A stretch of 64,000 nucleotides of DNA from positions 134,108,001 through 134,172,000 of the forward strand of contig NC_086097.1 of NCBI RefSeq assembly GCF_963921235.1, in the 5' to 3' direction. The notes under the pieces were generated by a model. The model did no database searches and was not told where the DNA came from. It worked only from the letters and a program-made list of their open reading frames with translations. The DNA comes from Mobula hypostoma. Lineage: Eukaryota. Shown piece by piece: positions 11,585-22,830 of this stretch; the stretch's first letter is position 1, and every line of letters begins with the position of its first letter. A program made the position numbers and the translations under genes.

Positions 11585-12440
11585 TAGTGCCTTGAAAAAG
11601 TATTCAGCCCCCAACCCTTTGTTCACACAAGTGAGTATTACAACCAGGGATTTTGATCAATTTAACTGAGATTTTTTTATTTGTGAATCACATGCTCCTT
11701 TTTTCACAGTAGAGCTCAAAAACAGGAAAAATTGTAAAGTATAAAAAACTAAAAATTCAAAAACTGAAATGTCAGCAGTTGAAAAGTATTCATCTCCCTT
11801 TGCTCAGTACTTAGTTGAATCACCTCCCACAGCTATTACAGCCGATAGTCTTTCTGAATAAGCTTTGCTCTACATGATGGAGCAAGATTTGCCCATTCCC
11901 CCTTGCAAAATTGCTCAAGCTGTGCCAAGATGCATATGGCAGTGGAGAGTAATCTTGAGCTCTTGCCAGAGATGTTTGATTGGGTTAAAGTCAGGACTCT
12001 GATTGAGCCGCTCAAAGACATCAATTTTCTTCACGTGAAGCCACTTCATGGTTGCTCTGGCAGTGTGCTTTGGATTGTTGTCCTGCAGAAAGTTGAACAT
12101 TCTCCCCAGTTTAAGCTTTCTGGCAGAGGCTAGCAGGTTTTTATCCAGGATCTCTCTGTATTTAGCAGCTTTTCTCTTCACATCAATCCTGACCAGATTT
12201 CCAGTCCCTGCTGCTAAAGAGTATCCCCATAGCATGATACTATCTCCACCATACTATACAGTAGGAATGGTGTTACCTGGCTGATGAGCAGTATTAGATT
12301 TATGCCCCGCATACTGCTTAGTATTGAAATCAAGAAGTTCCACTGTAGTTTCATCCAACCTCAAGACTTCCTTCCATATCTTTACATTATTCTCTAAGTG
12401 ACGCTTTGTAAAGCCTTTAGTCGAGGATGTGCTATTTTTT
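11585..12440 (-). mobile_element. Tc1 (IR/DR type) transposon, one end plus transposase C-terminal half, pseudogenised
   Basis: Terminus tagtgccttgaaaaagtattcagccccc with an internal direct repeat gaaaagtattcatctccc at about 11781. ORF 11915-12235 has MLWG...LQDNNPKH...QSPDFNPIKHLW (catalytic E changed to K). Confidence 0.9.
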
Positions 12441-12721
12441 AGTGGTACGAATGGTGTAAACCTAATCTCTTTTGAAGAGCTTTTACAGGGGTGTAGCTAG
12501 ATATATTAGATATTAAGGGAGTCGAGGGATTTGGGATTAGTGCAAGAAAGGTGCCCTGAGGTCATATGGCAGGACGGGCATAAGAGGTTGAAAAGCTTTC
12601 TCCTACTTCTATTTCTCATGTTCCTGTGTTCCCAGTGTTGCATTCCACTTCAAATGATCATTTCTCAGCTATTGGCACCATTCCCAACATCCACTCATCT
12701 ATCGGCCAATCACCATCCCCC

Positions 12722-14535
12722 AAGTTCAAATTTCAAAGCAAATTTATTATCAAGGTACATTTATATCTCCCTATACAGCCCTGAAATTCATCTTCTCGTG
12801 GACATTCACAGTAGGTGAAAAAGAAACAACAAAAATAGCAAAATAATAATAATAAATAAATAAGCAATAAATATCAAGGACTTGAGTTGAAGAGTCCTTG
12901 AAAGTGAGTCCATAGGTTGTGGGAACATTTCAGTGTTGGGGTGGGTGAAGTTGGGTGAAATTATCCCCTCTGCTTCAAGAGCCTGATGGTTGAGGGGTAA
13001 CAACTGTTCCTGAACCTAGTGGTGTGGGCTCTGAGGCTCTTGTACCTCCTTCCTGATGGCAACGATGAGGAGAAAGCATGGCCTTGATGGTAGGGGTCTC
13101 TTGACGATGGATGCTGCTTTCTTGCGACAGTGCTCCATGTAGATGTGCTCAGTGGTGGGGAGGTCTTTACCTGGGACAGACTGGGCCGTATCCACTACTT
13201 TTTGAAGGCTTTTTGGTTCAAGTGCATTGGTGTTTCCATACCAGACTGTGATGCAACCAGTCAATACACCCTCCCCTGAACATGTATAAAGTTTGTCAAA
13301 GTTTTAGATGACATACCGAATCTTTGCAAACTTCTAAGAAAGTAGAGACAGTGCTGTGCTTTCTTTGTAATGGCACTTACGTGCTGGACCCAGGACAGAT
13401 CCTTTGAAAGGATAACATCAAGAAATTTGAAATTGCTGACCATCTCCACCTCTGATCACCCGGCGTGGACTGGCTCATGGACCTCCAATTTCCTCTTCCT
13501 GAAGTTAATAATCAGCTCCTTGGTCTTGCTGACATTGAGTAAGAGGTTGTTGTTGTGGCACCACTGAGCCAGATTTTCAGTCTCCCTCCTTCCTATATCT
13601 TTGAATGGTGTCATCGGCAAACTTAAATATGGCACTGGAGCTGTGCTTGGCCTCGTGGTCGTAAGTGTAAAACAAGTAGAGCAGGAGCTAATAACACAGA
13701 CTTGTGGTGCACCTTTGCTGATAATGATTGTGAAGGAAATGTCGTTGACAATCTGTACTGACTTGAATCTTCAAGTGAGGGAATTGAGGATCGGGTTGTA
13801 CAAGCAGGTAGTGAGACCTAGGTCTTGGTGCTTATTGATTAGGTTTGAAGGGATGATGACATTGAATGCTGAACTTTAGTCAATGAAAAGCATCCTGATG
13901 TATGCATCTTCACTGTCCAAATGTTCCGCAGTTGAGTGCAGAGCCAATGAAATGCTGTCGACCTGCTGTAACGATAGGCAAACTCTTCAGGCAGGAGTTG
14001 GTATGTTTCATCACCAACCCTTAAAGCACTTCATCACAGTGGATGAAAATGCTACTGGATGATACTCATTGAGGCAAGTTACCACATTCTTCTTAGGCAC
14101 TGGTATAGTTGAAGCCTGCTTGAAGCATGTGGGTACCTCAGTCCGCCAAAGCGAAAGGTTAAAGGTATCAGTGAAGATTCCAGTCAGCTGATTAGCACAG
14201 GTCTCCAGCATTCATCCAGGTGCCCCATCTGGGCCGGATGCTTTCCATGGGTTCACCTTCCTGAAGGATGCTCTCACATCGGCCTCAGAGAGTGAAATCA
14301 CAGGGTTATTGGGGGCTGTGGGCGATCGTGACAATCCCTCCATGTTTTGACATTCGAAGCGTGTATAAAAGGCATTTAGCTCATCTGGGAGCAAAACCTT
14401 CTGTCACCTCTGTCGCTTGGCTTCACTTTGTAGGCGGTGACAGCATTCAAGCTCTGCTACAGCTGTCGAGCATCCTTCAGTGATTCAAGTTTGGTCTGGA
14501 ATTGCCACTCAGCTTTCCAGAGGTCGTACTTGGAC
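12722..14535 (-). mobile_element. Rex1/Babar LINE, 5'-truncated, frameshifted RT
   Basis: Fragments LPDELNAFY.RFE, KASGPDG, VPTCFKQASTIPVPKK...CLNEYHPVA, FKFLDVI and TGCITVWYG. Confidence 0.9.
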
Positions 14536-14539
14536 CACT

Positions 14540-14752
14540 CACCTGGATCCACCTATCACTTGCCAATTTTTGCCCCACTCTTTTCATTCATCTTTTTAAG
14601 CCATCTCCCTCCTATCTTTCAGTCAGGAAGAAAGGTCTCAACCCAGACTGTCGATTGTCCATTTCCCTGCACAAGAGCTGCCTGACTTATTGAGTTCCTC
14701 CAGCTTTTTGTGTGTTAGTTCCAGAATCCAGCACTTGCTATCTTGTGTCTCC
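14540..14752 (+). mobile_element. Degenerate PLE 3' terminus
   Basis: cagtcaggaagaaaggtctcaacccagactgtcgattg...gctgcctgacttattgagttcctccagc is homologous to the other PLE termini in the window. Confidence 0.7.
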
Positions 14753-15394
14753 CACTGCTCTACACTCTACACTCAAGCCCACTTTTGAAATTCAAAACAG
14801 CCACAATTTTCTAGGTGTTTCTTGAATTTCTCCCTATTGAGCCTAACAAAACCCTTCAGAAATTAAAAAGTTTTCTTTAAATCTCCTAACAATGGCCCCA
14901 GTTTCTCTAGTCTGCCCATGGAACTGAAGTCTCTCAGTGCCTCCTTTGCATTTTCTCCAGCACATAGAAATAAGAAGTGATGGGCAGCCTGTAATGTATC
15001 ATTCCCTCTCTCTGCTCTTCACTCTGCTTACATTTTATTTTCCAGTCGTTTCTTGAATTTCCTTTTCTATCAGACCATTTCCACGCAAAGGTTTATGTAG
15101 GACAGTGCTGCAAAGTGACAGGCAGTGATATCACAATTACTTAAACATCACAAGGCCGACTCATCCGTCCAGCTACTTACAGTCTGCTGTTTCATTCAGT
15201 GAGACCACGGCTGGTTCTGTGCCTGAAGTTTGCTGTCCCAACTAGTTCCCATGTAATTCATTCAAGCAATGTTAGGCTGATTGTTAGGCTGAGCCCATCC
15301 CTACTTGCCCTTGAGAACAGGTGCTGACTACTGCTTTCTTGAACCACTGTTGAGGGTATACCCACTGTGCTGGTGGAGAAGGCAATGCATTATT

Positions 15395-16095
15395 TTCAAA
15401 GATTCAAAGTACATTTACTATCAAAGAATATATGCAGTATACAACCCTGACACTTGTCTTCCCACAGACAGCCACAAAACAAAGAAAACCATGGAACCTG
15501 TTGAAAGAAAAACATCAAACCCCCGATGCACAAAAAAACAACAAACAGCAAAAAATGAGTGAAAAACACAGAATGTAAAACATAAAACCCCAAACTCATT
15601 GAAACAGTCTAGGAATGTTCAGTTTAGTTCAGTTCAATTTAGCGCTGTGTTGTTTGTTGACTTCAGGCCACAGAGACAGACAAAATTGCACAAAATAGCA
15701 ATAAAAAAAGGAGTAACCAGAAACCAGAAACACATCATAACATGAGCTACAGAGACCAATCCACAAAACAGTGTTGATTAAACCTTGCCCAAGAACCAAG
15801 ACTCCGGCACCATCCTCCAGCAGCATCGATTGAGAGTAAGAGGGAGTCTAGTTTCACGCAGGCACCTTCCTCCAGGAGCAACAAGTGAGCGGGAGAAGGA
15901 GACCAGTCAAACACAAGCAGATGGCGCTGAACACCTGCTCGCCTTCCGCTTCATCCTCATTGATTTCAATCTTCCTCGATGCTTTAGTCAGTGAGATTGG
16001 TGAGAAATGGAGTCAATCGTGGTCTCCGGGCCGCCCATGTCACTCAAAACCTCACGAACTTCCTTGGAGACAGCAAAGTGCCAGATCAGTGCAGG
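15395..16095 (-). mobile_element. Non-coding retroposon with a Rex1-like 3' tail
   Basis: Starts with ttcaaagattcaaagtacatttactatcaaag (same tail as the Rex1 copies), followed by a non-coding body. It interrupts the duplicated segment. Confidence 0.55.
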
Positions 16096-16239
16096 AACAA
16101 TGGTGTATTCCAAAGTCAGGATGGCAAGCGGCTTGCAGGGTAATTTCCAAACAGTGTTGTTCCCTTGTCTTTGTCCTTCTCACTCATAGTGGGTTTGAAA
16201 GGTCCCACCTAAGGAATCTTGTTGCAGTCCATTCCCCAT

Positions 16240-17142
16240 TGTTGGTAGAATACAACCATTGTTGGTTAGGATCTCAGGTGGTGATGAGAGAGCATACAGG
16301 AGTGAGGTATGCCAACTAGTGGAGTGGTGCTACAGCAACAACCTGGCACTCAACATCAGTAAGACAAAAGAGCTGATTGTGGACTTCAGGAAGGGTAAGA
16401 CGAAGGAACACATACCAATCCTCATAGAGGGACCAGAAGTGGAGAGAGTGAGCAGCTTCAAGTTCCTGGGTGTCAAGATCTCTGAGGATCTAAACTGGTC
16501 TCAACATATTGATGTAATTATAAAGAAGGCAAGACAGCGGCTATACTTCGTTAGGAGTTTGAAGAGATTTGGCATGTTAACAAATACACTCAAAAACTTC
16601 TATAGTTGTACTGTGGAGAGCATTCTGAGCACTGTCTGGTATGGAGGGGCTACTGCACAGGACCAAAGGAAGCTTCAGATGGTTGCAAATCTAGTCAGCT
16701 GCATCTTGGGTACAAGCCTACAAAGTACCCAGGACATCTTTAGGGAGCGGTGTCTCAAAAAGGCAGCGTCCATCACTAAGGACCTCCAGCACCCAGGGCG
16801 TGCCCTTTTCTCACTGTTACCATCAGGTAGGAGGTACAGAAGCACACACTCAGCGATTCAGGAACAGCTTCTTTCCTCTGCCATCCGATTCCTAAATGGA
16901 CATTGACTCTTTAGACACTACCTCATTTTTTAAAAATATACAATATTTCTGTTTATGCACATTGTTTAAAAACCTATTCAATGTACATAATTGATTTACT
17001 TGTTTATTTATTATTATTATAATGATTTTTCATTTTATTTATTTTTTTCTCTTTACTACATTATGTATTGCATTGAACTGCTGCTGCTAAGTTAACAAAT
17101 TTCACGTCACATGCCGGTGATAATAAACCTGATACTGATTCT
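16240..17142 (+). mobile_element. Rex1/Babar LINE 3' portion
   Basis: 215-aa ORF 16259-16906: EVCQLVEWC..NNLALNISKTKELIVDFRK...FKFLGV...KKARQRLYF; tail gataataaacctgatactgattct. Confidence 0.92.
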
Positions 17143-17911
17143 CTTAAGTGTTTCACATGATCAATAGCTAAACCTTTACAGCCTTCTATCAAAGTGAATT
17201 TCAAATGTTCATGACCCTCTGACTGATGGACTTTTCCCTCAGATCCATCCTAAATCTCCAGTCCCTTATTCTGAGAATTTGCTCTCTCATTCAGCTGAGG
17301 AAATAGGCTGTCAGCATCTCATCTATCATTTACTAAGAATTTTGTAATGTTTAATACAATCAGCTCTCATTCTTCTCAGCTTCAGAGAATTTACAAGTCA
17401 ATCTACTCAACTCCCTACTCACACAACAATCCTCTCACACACAAAAACACAACAAAATAGGACCAGGAGTAGGCTACCCGGCCCCCTCAGGCCTGCCCTG
17501 TCATTCAGTATGATCCTGGATGATCTGCACCCCCCGCCAGTTCTCAACTCCCCTGCCAGTCTCCATACCCCTCAATTCTTTCAAACATTTATCAACCTCC
17601 TCTTGAAAAACCTTCAGTGATATAGCCTCTATAACCCTCTGGAGCAGAAAATTCCAAAGAATCACTACCTTCTGCATAAAGAAAGTGTTAAATGTCCCAT
17701 CATTAGAAACTCACTAATGCTGATAACCCTCATCATGAAATGGAGCTCTTCAGATGGACAAATGAGACTAGCTCACAGTACAGTGCAAGAGCCTTAGGCA
17801 CATACATATAGCTAGGGTGCACAGTACTGTAGATGGGGATTTTGGGGCATGATCCAGTTCGGACAATGGGCCTGCTTCCATGTTGTATGACTCTATGACA
17901 CTATAATTCTC

Positions 17912-18175
17912 TTTTTTTTTGGCATGTGCGTCCGTGTGTGTGAGATGTTGGCGGGACGATGTCTTTTTCATGCCTTTACAAGGCGCGGAGCGCCACTCCT
18001 CACACAGACATAACGCAGTATTTTTCTGTTTTATTTTACGAGGTTGAGTTGCGATCTCGACACTCAATCCGGCACGGATGGAAAGCGTACTCGGGAGTGG
18101 ACCCGGCTGGGTTCGAACCCAGGAACCTCTGTTCCAGAGTCCGGCGCCAATGTCATTGTGCTACCAGCCAGCCCA
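17912..18175 (-). mobile_element. tRNA-derived SINE, full length, with poly(A) and 14-bp TSD
   Basis: On the minus strand: A-box-like tggtagcacaatg, B-box ggttcgaaccc and an A9 tail. TSD acactataattctc (17898-17911) / acaccataattctc (18176-18189). Confidence 0.88.
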
Positions 18176-18388
18176 ACACCATAATTCTCAATAGTCAAAA
18201 CATCTCATCAACTAGTCTCATGCTCCCTTACAACCGTACATGCTCAATAAGATAATGTTGTATTCATCTATAAAATCCAGACAATACCGAACTAACTTAT
18301 TTTCTTAGCTATTCACAATAGCAAAACACTTTCATCCCAGGAGCTGGCCATGTGAATGTGTTCGGGACTGCCTCCACTGCTGCCATAC

Positions 18389-20036
18389 TCACAACACGCT
18401 GGAGGAACTCAGCAGGTCGGGCAGCATCCGTGGAAACGATGAGTCGACGTTTCAGGCCAGAACCCTTCGTCAGGACTGAAGAGGGAAGGGGCAGAGGCCC
18501 TATAAAGAAGGTGGGGGGAGGATGGGAAGGAGAAGGCTGGTAGGTTCCAGGTGAAAAACCAGTAAGGGGAAAGATAAAGGGGTGGGGGAAGGGAGGCAGG
18601 GAGGTGATAGGCAGGAAAGGTGAAGAAGGAATAGGGGAAAACACAATGGGTAGTAGAAGGAGGTGGAACCATGAGGGAGGTGATAGGCAGCTGGGGGAGG
18701 GGGAGAGTGACATAGGGATAGGGGAAGGGAGGGGGAGGGAATTACCGGAAGTTGGAGAATTCTGTGTTCATTCTCCAAGGAGCTGGAGACTATCTAGACT
18801 GTATAAGAGGTGTTGCTCCTCCACCCTGAGTTTAGCCTCATCATGGCAGTAGAGGCCATGTATGGACATATCTGAATGGGAGTGGGAAGCAGAGTTGAAG
18901 TGGGTGGCTATTGGGAGATCCTGTCTGTTTTGACGGACGGAGCGGAGGTGCTCGACAAAGCGGTCCCCCAATCTGCATTGGATTTCACCGATGTAGAGGA
19001 GGCCGCACTGGGAGCACCGGATGCAATAGATGACCCCAACAGACTCACAAGTGAAGTGTTGTCTCACTTGGAAGGACTGTTTGGGGCCCTGAATGGTGGC
19101 AAGAGAGCAGGTGTAGGTACAGATGTAGCACTTGCGCTTACAGGGATAAGTGCCGGGTGGGAGATCCGTGGGGAGGGACGTGTGGACCAGGGAGTCGCAG
19201 AGGTACCGATCCCTGCGGAAGGTGGAGAGGGGTGGAGAGGGAAAGATGTGCTCAGTGGTAGGGTCCTGTTGAAGGTGGCGGAAGTTGCGGAGGATAATGT
19301 GTTGGATCCGGAGGCTAGTGGGGTGGTAGGTGAGGACAAGGGGAACTCTGTCCCTGTTGTGGTGGCGGGAGGATGGGGTGAAAGCCCGTGTGGGAAATGG
19401 AGGAGATGCGGGTGAGGGTATCATTGATGACAGCAGAAGGGAAACCACGATCCTTAAAGAAAGAGGACATTTGAGATGTTCTGGAACGGAAAACCTCATC
19501 CTCGGAGCAGATGCGGCGGAGACGGAGGAACTGGGAATAGGGAATGGCATTTTTGCATGTGGCGGGGTGGGAAGAGGTATAGTTGAGGTAGTTATGAGAG
19601 TCAGTGGGCTTGTAGAAGATGTCAGTGGATAGTCTTGTCTCCAGAGATGGAGACCAAGAGATCGAGAAAGGGGAGAGAAGTGTCCAAGATAGACCAAGTG
19701 AATTTGAGAGCTGGGTGGAAGTTAGAAGTAAAGTCGATGAAATTGACGAGCTCAGCATGGGTGCAGGAAGCAGCACCAATGTAGTCGTCAATGTACCGAA
19801 GGAAAAGTTGGGGAGCAGTACCAGAATAGGTTTGGAGCACAGACTGTTCCACATAACCAATGAAGAGGCAGGCATAGCTGGGGCCCATGCGAGTTCCCAT
19901 AGCTACACCCTTGGTCTGAAGAAAGTGGGAAGAGCCAAAAGAGGAGTTATTGAGTGTGAGAACCAGGGATCCCTATACACCTCCATTCCCCGTGAAGAAG
20001 GCCTCAAAGCCCTCTGCTACTTTCTGGAACCTCTCT
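18389..20036 (-). mobile_element. Penelope-like (Neptune-type) retroelement, 5'-truncated: RT C-half, Cys-rich linker, GIY-YIG endonuclease
   Basis: MGTRMGPSYACLF, RYIDD, FYKPTDSHNYL, PCKRKCYIC, GVIYCIRCSQCGLLYIGE. TSD cactgctgccatac at 18375-18388 and 20037-20050. Confidence 0.93.
18441..18478 (-). ncRNA. Minimal type I hammerhead ribozyme motif (PLE-associated), core intact
   Basis: Minus strand reads cAGUC-CUGACGA-AGG guucugg CCU-GAAA-C-GUC-GACUc. Stem I AGUC/GACU, stem II AGG/CCU, palindromic ACGU in place of stem III. Confidence 0.8.
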
Positions 20037-21539
20037 CACTGCTGCCATACCCATTCCTTAATAAGGGATTCAAATTTTGACACTGTGCTCCAGGAATGGT
20101 CTCACTGACACTCTTTACAATTGTAACAGTATTTCTCTATTTTTAAAATCCATCCCCCTAGCTATAAAGGCAAATATGGCAATATACCATTCCTAGGAAA
20201 AAATCTAATGAGCATTTCTTGACAACCTCCATAGTGCAGTTATCAGACTCTTAAACCAACTCTTCCACACTGAAAGATCAACACTTAATCTCCCAGTCTA
20301 CCTCATCATGGCCTTTCCACATCGTTTGTATATTTGCACTGTACTTTCTGTATGGCATAAACTGCCTGGATGGCATGGAAGAGAAACTTCTCATCGTAAT
20401 ATCTGATAATATCAACTGTGTACTTCTTTGGGTAATGAGAAAAAACCTAAAGAAGGATACAAACAGCCCTTCAGGCTTGATTTAATCAAAGCTCTGTCTA
20501 ATGCAACAAGACTCTCACTCTATGCGTACAGTATATTCAACCACCTCTTGCAATAGAAATTACCATAACATCTTCTTTCTTATTTACCTTTGGTAGTTAC
20601 ACGTTAGCTTTCCATGATTTCTGTTCAAGGATGCCAAAGGCATCCCAATAGTTATTACACTCTCCCATTCTTCCAACCAAGGAGTACACTTTCACATTTC
20701 CTGAACTCCATCTGCTACCGTTTTTACCTAAAAGCAAAAGATGATGAATGAAATTAGTCTTGTGATTTTTTTTGACAGTTACAATATAATATAAATTGGA
20801 AATGCATGGTCATTAGGCAGCGGACTTTGGTATTAAAAAAAGCAAAGCAAGGTTAAGAAGTCGTTTTTCTGCCTTAGCTATATAAAATAACTTTGCTTCT
20901 GGGTAACACAAACCTCATGTGGGAAACATAAATTTTGTAGGTTTTCTTGTGCAAAGTAGTTGTACAACATCACAATGTCTGACCACTGTGCTTGTGTGAA
21001 AGCACAATTATCAAAATATCAGCCTCTTGGGTTTTTTCTGCCAATCCTGGTGAATCTCTTATCTCAAACCACTTTCCTGGCTGATCCCAATACCCCTTGA
21101 GTTTCCAAAAATCCATCAAGCTCAGCCTTGAATATCTAGCCAAGCCTCAGAGCCCTCTGAGATGGACCATTGCAGAGATTCACAGCTTTTATTTTAGCTT
21201 TAAACAGCTGCCCCTCTATCCTGAGACTCGCATCCCTTGTTCTACACTCTTCACACTGGGAAATAATTATTAGCTCCTATCTAACCCTCCAGGAATTTTC
21301 TACGTATTGATGAAATCCTGGAATGTTGCTCATCCTACCCAGAGTCATAAGATTTTATTAGGCTGAGCTGTCAGCATAAGGAGTTTAGCATGTGGATTTC
21401 ACAACTCTTTTTTTTGTCACATGAAAGTTGAATTTTTTCACTTGTATCCTATTTGAACTTTAATAGCCACCACAAGCCAGACTAACACTCTCACAGCAAA
21501 GTTTCTACCTAAAAAACCCAAAGTCACAAGTACATGAAT

Positions 21540-21795
21540 TTAGATTTAGAAACTTATAGGATGGTAACAGGTCCTTCTGGCCTGATGAGCCCACGCCGCC
21601 CAGTTACATTCAGACAATTAACCTACTAACCCGTATATACTTTGAATGTAGAAGGAGACCCGAGCACCTAAAGGAAACTCAAGCAGTCACAGAGAGACAA
21701 TGTACAAAATCCTTACAGGCAGCATTAGGAATTGAACTCAGGACACTGGTGCTGTAGTAGTGTTACACTAACCGTTATGCTACTGTGCTGCCCCC
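21540..21795 (-). mobile_element. V-SINE (HE1-like)
   Basis: Minus strand: ggggcagcacagtagcataacggttagtg...gagttcaattcc...gtttcctttaggtgctcgggtctccttctacattcaaag...gtaggttaattg. Confidence 0.8.
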
Positions 21796-21940
21796 TAAGT
21801 AATATTCAAGCATTATTTAGATTAATATAAGACAATTATGTCTAAATTCTTTCATGGGATGTAGGTGTCACTGGCAAGAGTAGCCCTTACTATGCGTCCC
21901 GGCATGCTTTTGAGAAGATAATGGTGAACCATTTTCTTGA

Positions 21941-22830
21941 AGTTCAAACTTCAAAGTAGATTTGTTATCGAAATACATGTACACCACTATATACAAGCCT
22001 GAGATTTTCTTGTGGGCATACTCAAGAAATCCGTATTAGAATAATAACTAAAACAGAATCCCTGAAAGACCACACTAATTGCGGCGTTCAACCAGTGTGC
22101 AAAAGAGATCAAACTGTGCAAATATAAAAGGAAACAAATAATAAATATAAATAAATAAACAATAAATATCGAGAACGAGATGCAGAGTTCTTGAAAATGA
22201 GTCCATTAGTCGTGGGGAGATTTCAGTGATGGGGCGAGTGAGGTTGAGTGAAGTTATCCCCTTTGGTTCAAGAGCATGATGGTTGACTGTTCCTGAACAT
22301 GGTAATGTGAGTCCTAAGGCTCTTGTACTACCTTCCTGATGGCAGTGGCATGAACAGAGCATGTCCTGGCTGGTGGGGGTCCCTGATAATGGACGCTGCT
22401 TCCTTGCGACAGTGTTTCATGCAGATATGCTCAGTGGTGGGGAGGGCTTTACCTGTGATGGACTGGGCCGCATCCATTACTTTTTATAGGATTTCCCATT
22501 CGGGGCATTGGTGTTTCCATACCAGGCTGTGATGCAGCCAGTCAATATACTCTCAAACACATCTATAGAAGTTTGTCAAAGTTTTAGATGTCATGCTGAA
22601 TCTTCGCAAACTCCTAAGAAAGTAGAGGCGCTGCCGTGCTTACTTCATAATTGCACTTCCATGTTGGGCCTAGGACAGGTCCCCCAAGATAATAACACCA
22701 AGGAATTTAAAGCTGCTGACCTGCTTCAACTCTGATCCTCCACTGACAGTTGGCTCATGGACCTTCGGTTTCCTTCTCCTGAAGTCAATAATCAGCTCCT
22801 TGGTCTTGCTGACACTGAGTAAGAGGTTGA
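21941..22830 (-). mobile_element. Rex1/Babar LINE 3' portion
   Basis: SKTKELIIDFRRRKP...FKFLGVII; close homologue of 1365-2375 and 12722-13560. Confidence 0.88.

Noticed and set aside
18100..18175. tRNA gene
   Set aside because: The A/B boxes are the head of a SINE with poly(A) and TSD; no complete cloverleaf is evident.
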